Assembly: GCA_963774265.1 (NCBI GenBank)
Contig: CAVZDU010000005.1
Span: 320,001 to 384,000 of the forward strand
Length of the DNA: 64,000 bases
Direction: 5' to 3'
Source of the DNA: an uncultured Chloroflexia bacterium
Lineage (GTDB): Bacteria; Chloroflexota; Anaerolineae; CG2-30-64-16
A program made the translations under genes and the position numbers. Every line of letters starts with the position of its first letter. The first letter of the stretch is position 1. Below are positions 1-8,671 of this stretch, piece after piece. The notes beneath the pieces are model-generated. The model searched no databases and was not told where the DNA came from. It saw only the letters and a program-made list of their open reading frames with translations.

Positions 1-397
1 GGCCGGCGAGGGTGAGTTGTGTGTGCTGTGCGGGCTGTGCGTGCGCGTGTGCCGTGACCTAGTGGGCGCGGCGGCCATCGCGTTCACCGGTCGGGGCGCG
101 GGGCGTGAGGTGGCCGCGCCGTTCCACATCCAGGCCGAGGCCTGCATCGGCTGTGGCGCGTGCGCGGCGGTCTGCCCGACCGGCGCGGTCAAAATCGAGG
201 ATATCGGGGGGCGGCGCCACCTGGTCACCTGGAACACCGTCGTGCCGCTGAAGCCCTGCCCTGGCTGCGGCCAGCCCTTCGCGCCCGAGCCCATGGCCTT
301 CCTGACCTCCCTGGCTGACGCCAGCGAGCACCTGTGGGGCCTGTGCCCCGCGTGCCGCCGCAAGGCCGCGGCCCAGGCGGCAAGGGCAACCGTGTGA
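1..397 (+). CDS. C-terminal part of a 4Fe-4S dicluster subunit (hydrogenase/formate dehydrogenase/NADH dehydrogenase-like); 5' end outside window
   Basis: CVLCGLCVRVC and CIGCGACAAVCP ferredoxin motifs, FTGRG linker, C-terminal CPGC...CPAC. Confidence 0.85.
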   Translation, partial: AGEGELCVLCGLCVRVCRDLVGAAAIAFTGRGAGREVAAPFHIQAEACIGCGACAAVCPTGAVKIEDIGGRRHLVTWNTVVPLKPCPGCGQPFAPEPMAFLTSLADASEHLWGLCPACRRKAAAQAARATV

Positions 398-402
398 ATT
401 GG

Positions 403-434
403 CGGCAGGGGCGACCGGCCGGTCGCCCCTGCCG
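403..434. repeat. REP-like perfect 32-bp palindrome
   Basis: cggcaggggcgaccgg|ccggtcgcccctgccg; near-identical element at 38206-38233. Confidence 0.8.
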
Positions 435-493
435 GAGAGGGTGGATGGGGGGTGACGCATCTGAGTAGATCGCGTATCCCCGTCACACCATAA

Positions 494-538
494 ATCGGGC
501 GGCTCCACCTGCACCGCATGCAAGAGGAGCCGCCCGAT
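494..538. terminator. Hairpin between convergent genes (possible terminator of the primase operon)
   Basis: 13-bp arms atcgggcggctcc / ggagccgcccgat. Confidence 0.5.
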
Positions 539-561
539 CTTCAACCTGGAATGGTTCGTCA

Positions 562-1692
562 TCACCACGGCGCACTGCCCAGCCCATCCAGGATCCACGC
601 GGCCACGTCTCCGCCACTCGTGGCCAGGCCATTCGCATCCTTGCCGTAGTAGGGCCGCCAACGCCGGGCATTCGGCAGGACGTCGAGCCAGTAGGCCGCG
701 GCCTCTTCTCCCGCCTCGTCGTCATCGAAGGCGGCCAGCACAACGCCACAGCTCGCGAGGCGGGTCAGCCAGTGCGGCCGTCGCGCACCGCTCGTGCTTC
801 CTGTCGCCACCGACGAGATGATCCCGCCCGCGTGCTGCCAGATCGTCAGCGCGTCAAATTCGCCTTCCACCAGGACCACTCCGAAGCCGGGCGCCAGCGT
901 GTCGACCCGGTACAGCGCATTCGCCGAGCCAGCCGCGGCGACGTATTTCGGATCTTTTTCGGGACGCCGGATACTGACGCGCCACGCGTGGCCGCCCGCG
1001 GCCCACGGGATTGTGATCCCGCGCGGCAGCCAGACCGGCTTGTGATCGTCCCCGAACCCCCACAGGTCGGGCGCCTCACGCCGGTCTTCGGCGTTGTAGC
1101 CCAGGCTGGCATTCATGATCGTCTGCTCGCTCAGGCCGCGGCTGTCGCGCAACCAGGCCCGCGCCTTGGCCCCGGCCGGGTCCCAAAGCCGGTCTGTGCA
1201 CTCCGAGCAGAAGTCAATCGCACGGCCCTGCCAGGCATCCGAGGGCGGCTCCAGCGGATCATATCGCGGCAGAGGGAGAGCCGGCAAGCCGGGAAGGCCG
1301 GTTGAGCCAGTCGCAGCAGGCCGGCGTGGGCCCGCGCGCCGTGCGACCGGCTGCGGCGCGGCCCCTTCCCGGCTCGTGTTCTTTGTGTTCTCAGTGCTCT
1401 CTGTGGCCTTGTGGGGAAATTCGTCTCTCAGTCCCAGCCGGTCGAGCGCGTCGAAAAAGTTCACCCCATGGCGCTGGCGCACATAAGCGATGGCATCGCC
1501 GTTGCGATTGCAGCGGCGGCACCAGAAGCGTCCCTCCGCGGGCCATACGCGGAACCGATCGGAACCCTGCTTCTCCGCGCCGCCGCAGAACGGGCACGGT
1601 CCGGCCCATTCGCCGCCGCGGGTCGCGGCAACTTTCTTGAGCCGTACATCCGCGCCGGTCAGGGAGAGCAGGTCAACGGAGGTGGTATCCAT
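562..1692 (-). CDS. DnaG-like primase of mobile-element type (zinc-binding domain + Toprim)
   Basis: GPCPFCG...FWCRRC zinc finger; VLVEGEFDAL and AFDDDEAG Toprim motifs; C-terminal KDAN. Confidence 0.88.
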   Translation of the reverse strand: MDTTSVDLLSLTGADVRLKKVAATRGGEWAGPCPFCGGAEKQGSDRFRVWPAEGRFWCRRCNRNGDAIAYVRQRHGVNFFDALDRLGLRDEFPHKATESTENTKNTSREGAAPQPVARRAGPRRPAATGSTGLPGLPALPLPRYDPLEPPSDAWQGRAIDFCSECTDRLWDPAGAKARAWLRDSRGLSEQTIMNASLGYNAEDRREAPDLWGFGDDHKPVWLPRGITIPWAAGGHAWRVSIRRPEKDPKYVAAAGSANALYRVDTLAPGFGVVLVEGEFDALTIWQHAGGIISSVATGSTSGARRPHWLTRLASCGVVLAAFDDDEAGEEAAAYWLDVLPNARRWRPYYGKDANGLATSGGDVAAWILDGLGSAPW

Positions 1693-1725
1693 CAGCCAGC
1701 TTTCCTCACTTTCACTCTCTCACTC

Positions 1726-1821
1726 CACTCTCTCTCCTCTCTACCCCCTTATAGGGGGGTAGAGAGGAGAGAGAGTGCACTTTCGTGACTGTCATGAGAG
1801 TTCACTGAGAGTCGTGAGAGT
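1726..1821. other. Putative replication origin: 23-bp-arm palindrome with TTATAG loop plus three TGAGAGT repeats
   Basis: Arms 1726-1748 and 1755-1777 are exact reverse complements; TGAGAGT at 1795, 1806 and 1815; lies at the helicase/primase junction. Confidence 0.6.
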
Positions 1822-3097
1822 TCACGCGTGCCTCGCCCGCATCTGTAAGGTGGTACGGATCGCCGCGTTCGTTTTGCCGCACGTACCCGTCGCGCAGCAG
1901 GGCGCTGAGCGATCGGTAAAGCGTTGCGCCTTTCAAGCCAGTTAACTCAGAGATGACAGCCGACTTTGCGCCGGCCGTCGTGAAGGTCTCCTGGTTAAGG
2001 ACCTCCAAGATCTTGCGGCGGCTGAGGGTCAGCGCTTCCGTCATCAGGACGCGCTCGCTCGCCTCGAGGACACAGCTCGTTTCGGGCTGCCCATCCTCGC
2101 CTGCGCGGCCGGTTTCCACCGGCAGCAAGCGCAGAGTTCGCGGGCTAAAGGGGACCGAGTCTTTCGATTTCTCGCAGCTCAGGGTGATCAGTCCGTCGTC
2201 GTTGCTCAGACCGATCATTTGATCGCACGCGGCGCGCAGGGCCGAGCTGCCGCGCTCCAACGCGCCCGTCTTTCCCGTGTGGTGCACGATCAGGATGGTC
2301 GCGCCCGTGGCCACCCTGACCTCGTCGCACGCGGCCACGAAGAGGCCCATGTCCCTGGCGCTGTTTTCGTCGCCGCCGATCATGCAGCGGGCCAACGTGT
2401 CGATGACCAAGAGGGCCGGGCGCAAGGGTGCGATCAGGCTGATGATCGCATTCACTTCGGCCGGGTCCAGCATGTTGACGGCCTGCGGCACGAAGAAAAG
2501 CTCGCCCGCGCGGAGCCGGTGGTGTTTGCACCAGGCGAGCTTGCGTGACGCGAGGCCCACCGCGCCTTCCCCGGCGATATAGACCACGGGCGAGGACTGG
2601 GCCGTGCGCGCGGCGTAGTCCAGGGCCGCGAAGGTTTTGCCCGCGCCCGATGCGCCATAGAGGGACACCAGGCTCTCCGTGGGGATCTCGTGGTTCGCGT
2701 CCAGGTGGCGCACCGGAGGCAGGCTGTCCAGGGCATCCGCGGGCAGCAGGCGCAGGCCGGTCGCCCGGGGTTCGTTTCCCGCGATCAACCGCCCCAGGTT
2801 GGGGTCCGCCGCGACGAGGGCGCGGAACGCGGTGCGCACCCCTGGTGGGCCCCCGTCCATGTGCGCCTCGGCCAGGGCCGCGTAGGTTTCGGACCACGGC
2901 CCCAGCTCGTCCGGCTTGACACCGTTAGGCGGCTCACCGTTCAGCAGGGCCTGGATGGCAGCCCGTGCGGCAATGGCGGCCGGCGGCCGGCCTTCATCCG
3001 CGCGGTGGCGTCCTGCGATCCCGCCGGCATCCCGAGCCGGCCCTTTCTCCCACGATCTACTCACTTCGCTTGCCGGCATATCGTCCATCCTCACCAT
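1802..3097 (-). CDS. AAA_25/RepA-like RecA-fold helicase with C-terminal winged HTH
   Basis: Walker A GASGAGKT, YIAGEG, Walker B LVIDTLAR, GGDENS, IVHHTGK, ERGSSALRAACD; C-terminal HTH-like ATLYRSLSALLRDG. Confidence 0.88.
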   Translation of the reverse strand: MVRMDDMPASEVSRSWEKGPARDAGGIAGRHRADEGRPPAAIAARAAIQALLNGEPPNGVKPDELGPWSETYAALAEAHMDGGPPGVRTAFRALVAADPNLGRLIAGNEPRATGLRLLPADALDSLPPVRHLDANHEIPTESLVSLYGASGAGKTFAALDYAARTAQSSPVVYIAGEGAVGLASRKLAWCKHHRLRAGELFFVPQAVNMLDPAEVNAIISLIAPLRPALLVIDTLARCMIGGDENSARDMGLFVAACDEVRVATGATILIVHHTGKTGALERGSSALRAACDQMIGLSNDDGLITLSCEKSKDSVPFSPRTLRLLPVETGRAGEDGQPETSCVLEASERVLMTEALTLSRRKILEVLNQETFTTAGAKSAVISELTGLKGATLYRSLSALLRDGYVRQNERGDPYHLTDAGEARVNSHDSQ

Positions 3098-3123
3098 CGA
3101 CCAACACGTTGAACGGATAATCT

Positions 3124-3171
3124 AAACGCTTGTTCTATAGCCACTATGACACGACGCGGGGGCGAGGTCAA
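3124..3171 (-). promoter_or_regulatory. Sigma70 promoter with LexA-like SOS box for the helicase-primase operon
   Basis: TTGACC (3171-3166), 17-bp spacer ending in TGt, CATAGT (3148-3143); GAACAAGCGTTT at 3135-3124 fits GAAC-RNRY-GTTY. Confidence 0.6.
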
Positions 3172-3213
3172 GGGGTTTGGGAGGTCAATTTGGGTCGAAA
3201 ATGCCGGTTGAAG

Positions 3214-3246
3214 ACTGTACACTTATGAACTCTGTACAGTTATAAT
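3214..3246 (+). promoter_or_regulatory. Operator-like inverted repeat and -10 box of the GT2 gene (probably leaderless)
   Basis: ACTGTACA-N11-TGTACAGT (3214-3240) abutting TATAAT (3241-3246); ATG 7 nt later, no Shine-Dalgarno. Confidence 0.55.
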
Positions 3247-3253
3247 ATCTCTG

Positions 3254-4300
3254 ATGGTCTTACCCAGCGAAACGCCCGGCCCAGCGGCTGACCCGACAGC
3301 AGGCACGAAGTCGGTCAGCATCATCATGAAGACCTGGAACGCGCTCCCGCACGTCCGGCTGTGTGTGCGCACCCTGCTGAACAACAGCGATGGGTCGTTC
3401 GAGTTGATCGTGATCGACAACGGCTCGCGACCGGAAATGGTGAGCTTCCTACGCGGCCTGGCCCAGGAAGATGGCCGCGTGCGCCTGGTGGAGAATCGGG
3501 CGAACGTCGGGCCGGGGGCCGCGAACCGGCAGGGGGTGGCGCTGGCCCGGGGTGACCTGGTCTGCCTGATCGACAGCGACGTGCTGGTGCCCCGAGGTTG
3601 GCTGTCGCGGCTGGTCGCCGAGTTCGAGCGGCATCCCCGCGTCAAGCTGCTGGCCCCTCTGGGCCATAACCCCAGCGTGGGCCACCCCTTCGGGCCGGAG
3701 GACAGTGCGACTGAGTGGTTTGGGGTCAAACAAGACCACCCTCGGCTGTCACCACTACACCAGTTCCACGCGTATTCCCGGGGGTTGAGCATCGACGAGT
3801 TTGACGAGCTGATGTGCAGCAGCAACGCGGGGCCGTTGCGTCCCCAGGCCTGCCCGCCGGATTTCATCGGCACCGCCTGCGCACTGCTGGACAAGCAGTT
3901 TGTCGCCGAGGCCGGCGGCGTGGCCGATCCACGGTTCGTGGGGTACGGCAGCGAAGATGTAGACCTGTGTTGGCGCATCGGCGAGCACGATGGACAGGTG
4001 GCCCGGACCGGGGCCGTCTACGTGCATCACTTTTACAATGCCAGCCTGGCCGATAACGCGGCCGATCCCGGCCCTGCGTTGCGGGCTGGCAACAACATCC
4101 TATACGCCAAATGGCAGGCCAGGTTGATCGAGTTGTGCCGGGCGGAGCTGACGCGGGGTGGCTCGCTGCGCGATTACCTGACCAGCCACTTCATCTTTCA
4201 GCCGCTGGCGCGCGACACATCGTTCCTGGCCGACCTGGCCGCGGCGACCGGGCGGACGGACATCCCGGACCAGGTCGTCTGGCGGCCTGAGGGGGTATGA
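3254..4300 (+). CDS. Family 2 glycosyltransferase
   Basis: SIIMKTWN, IVIDNGS, NVGPGAANRQG, LIDSDV (DxD), GYGSEDVDLCWR. Confidence 0.9.
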   Translation: MVLPSETPGPAADPTAGTKSVSIIMKTWNALPHVRLCVRTLLNNSDGSFELIVIDNGSRPEMVSFLRGLAQEDGRVRLVENRANVGPGAANRQGVALARGDLVCLIDSDVLVPRGWLSRLVAEFERHPRVKLLAPLGHNPSVGHPFGPEDSATEWFGVKQDHPRLSPLHQFHAYSRGLSIDEFDELMCSSNAGPLRPQACPPDFIGTACALLDKQFVAEAGGVADPRFVGYGSEDVDLCWRIGEHDGQVARTGAVYVHHFYNASLADNAADPGPALRAGNNILYAKWQARLIELCRAELTRGGSLRDYLTSHFIFQPLARDTSFLADLAAATGRTDIPDQVVWRPEGV

Positions 4301-4374
4301 GCGGGGGGAGGTTCTTGTGGGACAACTGCTGGAAGATGGCCGCATGGGGTGGGTGAAGGCCGTGGTGATGAACG

Positions 4375-5481
4375 TTGGTTGAGCAGGCGTCAGGGATCCT
4401 GAAACGCGACCGCAATCGCGGCGGCAGTGCGACCCTCATCAACGCGGTCCAGGGGGCGGCTGCAGACGTGTTGGTGTCGTCGCGCCTGTTGCAGGCGTAT
4501 GCCCTGGTGGAAGGCGCCACGGTGACGGGGCCGGTCCACCAGGGCCGCGAGGGCTGCGAGCTGGCAGAGGTGGAGACCATCTGCGGCGTGACGCCCGAGG
4601 CGTATCGCTCCCGCACGCCCTTCGAGAAACTCGTCGCCATCGATCCGGTCGAACGCTTCGACCTGGGCGCGAGCGGCGACATAGCGATGCGCGCGGTAGA
4701 CCTGTTGGCGCCCATCGGTCGGGGCACACGGGGCCTGATTGTGGCGCCGCCCAAGGCGGGCAAGACGACGATGCTGGAGGGTATCGCCCGCGCCATCCGG
4801 CTGGAGCGGCCGGCCGCGCGCATCGTGGTGCTGCTGATCGACGAGCGGCCGGAGGAGCTGACCTACTTCCGGCGCACGGTGGCGGCCGAAGTGTTCGCCA
4901 GCTCGAGCGACCAGGAGCCGGCGCAGCACATCGCGCTGGCCGAGCTGCTGCTGGCGCATATCCGGGTGGAGCTGGAGTGCGGCAACGACATTGTGGTGTT
5001 GCTGGACAGCCTGACACGGCTGGCCCGCGCGTTCAACCTGGGCAGCCGCGGCACGGGGCGCAGTCTGTCGGGCGGGATGGACGCCAGCGCGCTGGTGATC
5101 CCCCGGCGTTTCTTCGGCCTGGCGCGCAACGTGGAGCACGGCGGTTCGGTCACGCTGCTGGCCACCGCGCTGATCGACACCGGCTCGCGCATGGACCAGC
5201 TCATCTACGAGGAGTTCAAGAGCACCGGCAACAGCGAGATCGTGCTGGACCGGGGCCTGGCCCAGGAGCAGATCTTCCCGGCCATCGACGTACACCGCAC
5301 CGGCACCCGCAAGGAGGAGCACCTGTACAGCGCGGCCGAGATGGCGGGGTTGGCCCGGCTGCGCCGCGATCTGGCCTCCTACCCGCCCGCGCAGGCAATG
5401 ACACGGCTGTTGCGGTTCCTCGCGCGATACCCCACCAACGCCGCGCTGTTGGAGCGGCTGCAGCGGCCTGGCCGCGGGTGA
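4375..5481 (+). CDS. rho: Transcription termination factor Rho, short atypical paralog
   Basis: PIGRGTRGLIVAPPKAGKT, LLIDERPEE, LLDSLTRLARAFN, FFGLARN, TALIDTGSRMD, IYEEFK, GTRKEE. Confidence 0.9.
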   Translation: MVEQASGILKRDRNRGGSATLINAVQGAAADVLVSSRLLQAYALVEGATVTGPVHQGREGCELAEVETICGVTPEAYRSRTPFEKLVAIDPVERFDLGASGDIAMRAVDLLAPIGRGTRGLIVAPPKAGKTTMLEGIARAIRLERPAARIVVLLIDERPEELTYFRRTVAAEVFASSSDQEPAQHIALAELLLAHIRVELECGNDIVVLLDSLTRLARAFNLGSRGTGRSLSGGMDASALVIPRRFFGLARNVEHGGSVTLLATALIDTGSRMDQLIYEEFKSTGNSEIVLDRGLAQEQIFPAIDVHRTGTRKEEHLYSAAEMAGLARLRRDLASYPPAQAMTRLLRFLARYPTNAALLERLQRPGRG

Positions 5482-5553
5482 GCCGGCTGACCTGCTGACT
5501 TCAGTTGCTCGGGGCAGTCCGGTGTGACGGAAGTCGGTACTGGCTGGCCCGAC

Positions 5554-6012
5554 CTATTTTCCCGCCAACTCCTTCCGCACCCATGCCAGGGCATCGCCTG
5601 GCATGCCGATGCGGAGACCCGAACGTTGGGCCACCTGCGGATCATCCACAAAGTGCCGGCGATTGAGGGTGACCAGAAAGTCCGTCTTGACCTGCATGGC
5701 TGCGGCCAGGATTGGTGCGTCGGCTTCATGGCTGATCAGGTTGCGGGCGACCAGCACCTCGGCCAGAGTGGGATCCTTGATGATGCGAATGTGGCTGGCG
5801 CGCAGCGCTTGCCGGAAGAAAGGCAGGGCCGCGGCTGCCCGTCGTGCCAGGGCACGCTCGGTCTCCACAATCACCTGTTCGGAAACGGTGATCACCACCA
5901 CCCTCGCCTCTGCCAACTGCAACAAAACACGCCCCGCGCCCGTGCTTGACGCGACGCCTGCGAAAAGCGCACTGGAGTCGAAGAAGAGGTCAGGTTTAGC
6001 TGTTTGGGGCAT
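5554..6012 (-). CDS. PIN-domain toxin (VapC-like)
   Basis: FFDSSALF, ADAPILAAA, FLVTLNRRHF; overlaps the antitoxin stop. Confidence 0.85.
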   Translation of the reverse strand: MPQTAKPDLFFDSSALFAGVASSTGAGRVLLQLAEARVVVITVSEQVIVETERALARRAAAALPFFRQALRASHIRIIKDPTLAEVLVARNLISHEADAPILAAAMQVKTDFLVTLNRRHFVDDPQVAQRSGLRIGMPGDALAWVRKELAGK

Positions 6013-6280
6013 CGGCGTAATGGTCGTGATAGTAGCTTTCGCGTTCCTCGTTCAGAGTCAGGAGCACATCCTCCACGCTGACGCCGGCCTCCTGGAGGAT
6101 TTCGCTCACCTTATCGCCCAGCGCGGCCACTTTCGAAATCTTGGGAGTCAGTGTGAATGCACCATCGCCCAACTCGACCAGGGTAAACACATCACCTGGT
6201 CGCAGGCCATACTTGCGCCGCAAGCTGATCGGCAGCGTGATCACGCCTTTGTCACGTAATTGGACGGTTGCTTCGCTCAT
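5996..6280 (-). CDS. AbrB/MazE/SpoVT-type antitoxin
   Basis: KGVITLPISLRRKYGLRPGD; start taken at MSEATV; upstream TTGACC-N18-TATACT (6356-6327). Confidence 0.85.
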   Translation of the reverse strand: MSEATVQLRDKGVITLPISLRRKYGLRPGDVFTLVELGDGAFTLTPKISKVAALGDKVSEILQEAGVSVEDVLLTLNEERESYYHDHYADAPNS

Positions 6281-6540
6281 CGTGTAACCCTCAATGCGGC
6301 AGAACTTCTGCTTTTCTTCCTGAATGAGTATAGCACCCATGGTGAATCGAGGTCAAGCAGGAAGTTAGAGCGGGATAGCAATAAGTTGGCAGTCAAAACT
6401 CAACCCACAGAGATACCTCCTGTGCTTAGGTGAGAATTCAGGTTCCACCTTATTGGCTGCCCTGGCACCACCGCTTTCGCTCAAAACACTGGTGGCCCGT
6501 GTCATGTCAGAAAGTGAGGTGCCGCAAGGGCTTTTGCTAC

Positions 6541-6586
6541 TTGACAAAGCGCCAAAATGGCCTTATATATGAGTATATGCACATGA
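6541..6586 (+). promoter_or_regulatory. arsR promoter with ArsR/SmtB-type operator 1
   Basis: TTGACA at 6541, AT-rich -10 region near 6564; ATATGA-gtatatgc-ACATGA at 6567-6586. Confidence 0.6.
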
Positions 6587-6629
6587 GTTCAGGCGTAGAA
6601 CGCGAGACTGGGTCGTGCCCAGGACGACC

Positions 6630-7004
6630 ATGAACGAAGCACACACCCAGCCCCCGGCTGGCACATCCGGTGCGACTGCCGCGCCGGCAGGGCCTATCGC
6701 ACCGCCTGCGGCGGTGCCTGTGGCGGTCGCGGTGGCGCAACGGCTGGCAAGCGTGTTCAAATCACTAAGCGATCCAACCCGCCTGCGCATCATCTCGTTG
6801 CTGGCCGAGCGGGAGCTCTGTGTGACGGACCTGGTTGCGACACTGGAGATGGAGCAGTCCACTATCTCGCATCAGCTCCGCGACATGCGCAATTTGGGAC
6901 TGGTGAGCTTCCGCCGCGAGGGGCGCTACATCTTCTATCGTCTTGACGATCCGCACGTGCGGAGTTTGTTCGAGCAAGGCCTGGAGCACATCCAGGAACA
7001 GTAG
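6630..7004 (+). CDS. ArsR/SmtB-family metalloregulator (CzrA/SmtB-like)
   Basis: FKSLSDPTRLRII, ELCVTDL, QSTISHQLRDMR, C-terminal DDPHV...LEHIQE alpha5-type ligands. Confidence 0.92.
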   Translation: MNEAHTQPPAGTSGATAAPAGPIAPPAAVPVAVAVAQRLASVFKSLSDPTRLRIISLLAERELCVTDLVATLEMEQSTISHQLRDMRNLGLVSFRREGRYIFYRLDDPHVRSLFEQGLEHIQEQ

Positions 7005-7047
7005 TCGAAGGGTGGTCGTCGTCGATCGCCCTTCTCTTAGGATCAAA

Positions 7048-7069
7048 TATATGAACGATCACTCATATA
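7048..7069. promoter_or_regulatory. ArsR/SmtB-type operator 2
   Basis: Perfect TATATGA-N8-TCATATA inverted repeat upstream of the methyltransferase operon. Confidence 0.7.
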
Positions 7070-7222
7070 CGGATACCGTTTCATGGGCGCCACCGTGCTC
7101 ACCGGCCGCGGGACCATGCGGGTCACCGCACCGGCTCGCAGACCGAGCTCGGCCAGAGACGCCACCGATTTCGAACCGCAGGCGGGTCTGCCGTCATGCT
7201 TACACATCAACAGGAGCACACC

Positions 7223-8662
7223 ATGCGCAAGTTTCTCAAGATTCTACTCGCCATTCCCCTGGGGTTGGCTTTCTTTTGGCTCGTCGTGATGAAGATCATC
7301 TCACGCGTCGCGGCCAGCTTCGGCGTCTCGGGGCCCTGTCCGTCCGAGCTGAGCTGGCTGGTTGACAATTCTGTCCGCCATAATGCGGTTCCTCGGCTGC
7401 TGGACCGGGTAGGCATCCGGCCGGGAGAACGGGTGTTGGAACTCGGGCCTGGACCCGGGGCGTTCAGCGTGGAAGCCGCGCAGCGCGCCGGGCCGCAGGG
7501 CCGGCTGATCGCCGTCGACATCCAGCCAGCCATGATCGCCCAGGTGGAGGCGCGCGTGCGTCAGGCCGGGTTGACCAACGTCGAGACGCACGTCGCCAGC
7601 GCGCACAACTTGCCCCTGCCCGCTGCCAGCGTGAATCGCGCCTTTTTGATCACCGTGCTAGGCGAGATTCCGGACCCAGACCGCGCGCTGGCCGAGCTGA
7701 ATCGCGTGCTCGCGCCGGACGGCGTGCTGTCGATCGGCGAGGCGTTTATGGATCCTGACTACGCCTTCCCATCGGAGGCCATCCGGCGGGTTGAGGCTGC
7801 GGGCTTCCGCCTGGCAGAGCGACACGGCAACTTCTGGGAATACGCGCTGAACTTCCGCCGGGTGACCGTCGACCCACCGGCCGGCATGGAGGTGATGGCC
7901 TGCCCGGCCTGCCACGCCAGCCTGATGTGGCGCGATGCAGAGAACGCCCTGCGCTGTACAGCCTGCGGGGTGGACTACCCGGTGCGGCAGGGCATCCCGC
8001 ACTTCATCGAGCCTGAGATGCTGACCGGCTTCAACCGGCGCTTTGCACACCTCTACGACTGGTTCTCGTGGTTCTACCGGCTCTTCTCGAGGGTCGCGTT
8101 CGCGTTCATCGGCATGCCCGAGGAGACCGCGCGGCGGGAAGTGCTCGACCGGTTGGAGCCAGATGGCGGCCGCGTGCTCGAGGTCTCCGTCGGCCCCGGA
8201 GTCAACCTGCCCTACCTGGTCGGTCGTCCGGACGTGGGGGAAGTGCATGGGCTGGACATCTCCCCGGGCCAGTTGCGGCGCTGCCGCAGCTACCTGCAGG
8301 GGCGAGGATGGTCCGTGCCGCTCTACCTGGCCAACGCGGAAGAGCTGCCGTTCGGGGATGCGACCTTCGACGCGGTCTTCCACATCGGCGGCATCAACTT
8401 CTTCAACGATAAGGCGAAGGCTATCGCGGAGATGGTCCGCGTGGCCAGGCCCGGGACGCGCATCGTGATCTGCGACGAGAACGAGCGCGGGGCGCAGGCC
8501 TACGAGCGCACCCTCCCCGGCTTCAAGCGCTCCTTCCAGGACGGCCGCCAGGCGGTCGCGGCCCCGGTGGACGCCGTGCCGCCGGGGATGCAAGAGGTGC
8601 GCGTCTTCGATGTATGGAAGGGCTGGATGTACTGTCTGGAGTTCAGAAAACCCGGTGAGTAA
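7223..8662 (+). CDS. Tandem class I SAM methyltransferase with N-terminal TM and internal Trm112-like zinc-finger linker
   Basis: VLELGPGPG and VLEVSVGPG motif I copies; MACPACH...LRCTACGVDYPVRQGIP linker; RBS caggag. Confidence 0.85.
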   Translation: MRKFLKILLAIPLGLAFFWLVVMKIISRVAASFGVSGPCPSELSWLVDNSVRHNAVPRLLDRVGIRPGERVLELGPGPGAFSVEAAQRAGPQGRLIAVDIQPAMIAQVEARVRQAGLTNVETHVASAHNLPLPAASVNRAFLITVLGEIPDPDRALAELNRVLAPDGVLSIGEAFMDPDYAFPSEAIRRVEAAGFRLAERHGNFWEYALNFRRVTVDPPAGMEVMACPACHASLMWRDAENALRCTACGVDYPVRQGIPHFIEPEMLTGFNRRFAHLYDWFSWFYRLFSRVAFAFIGMPEETARREVLDRLEPDGGRVLEVSVGPGVNLPYLVGRPDVGEVHGLDISPGQLRRCRSYLQGRGWSVPLYLANAEELPFGDATFDAVFHIGGINFFNDKAKAIAEMVRVARPGTRIVICDENERGAQAYERTLPGFKRSFQDGRQAVAAPVDAVPPGMQEVRVFDVWKGWMYCLEFRKPGE

Positions 8663-8671
8663 GGAGGGCGT

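Noticed and set aside
562-6280. Complete prophage or integrative element spanning primase to the toxin-antitoxin pair
   Set aside because: No integrase, structural genes, tRNA target or flanking direct repeats found
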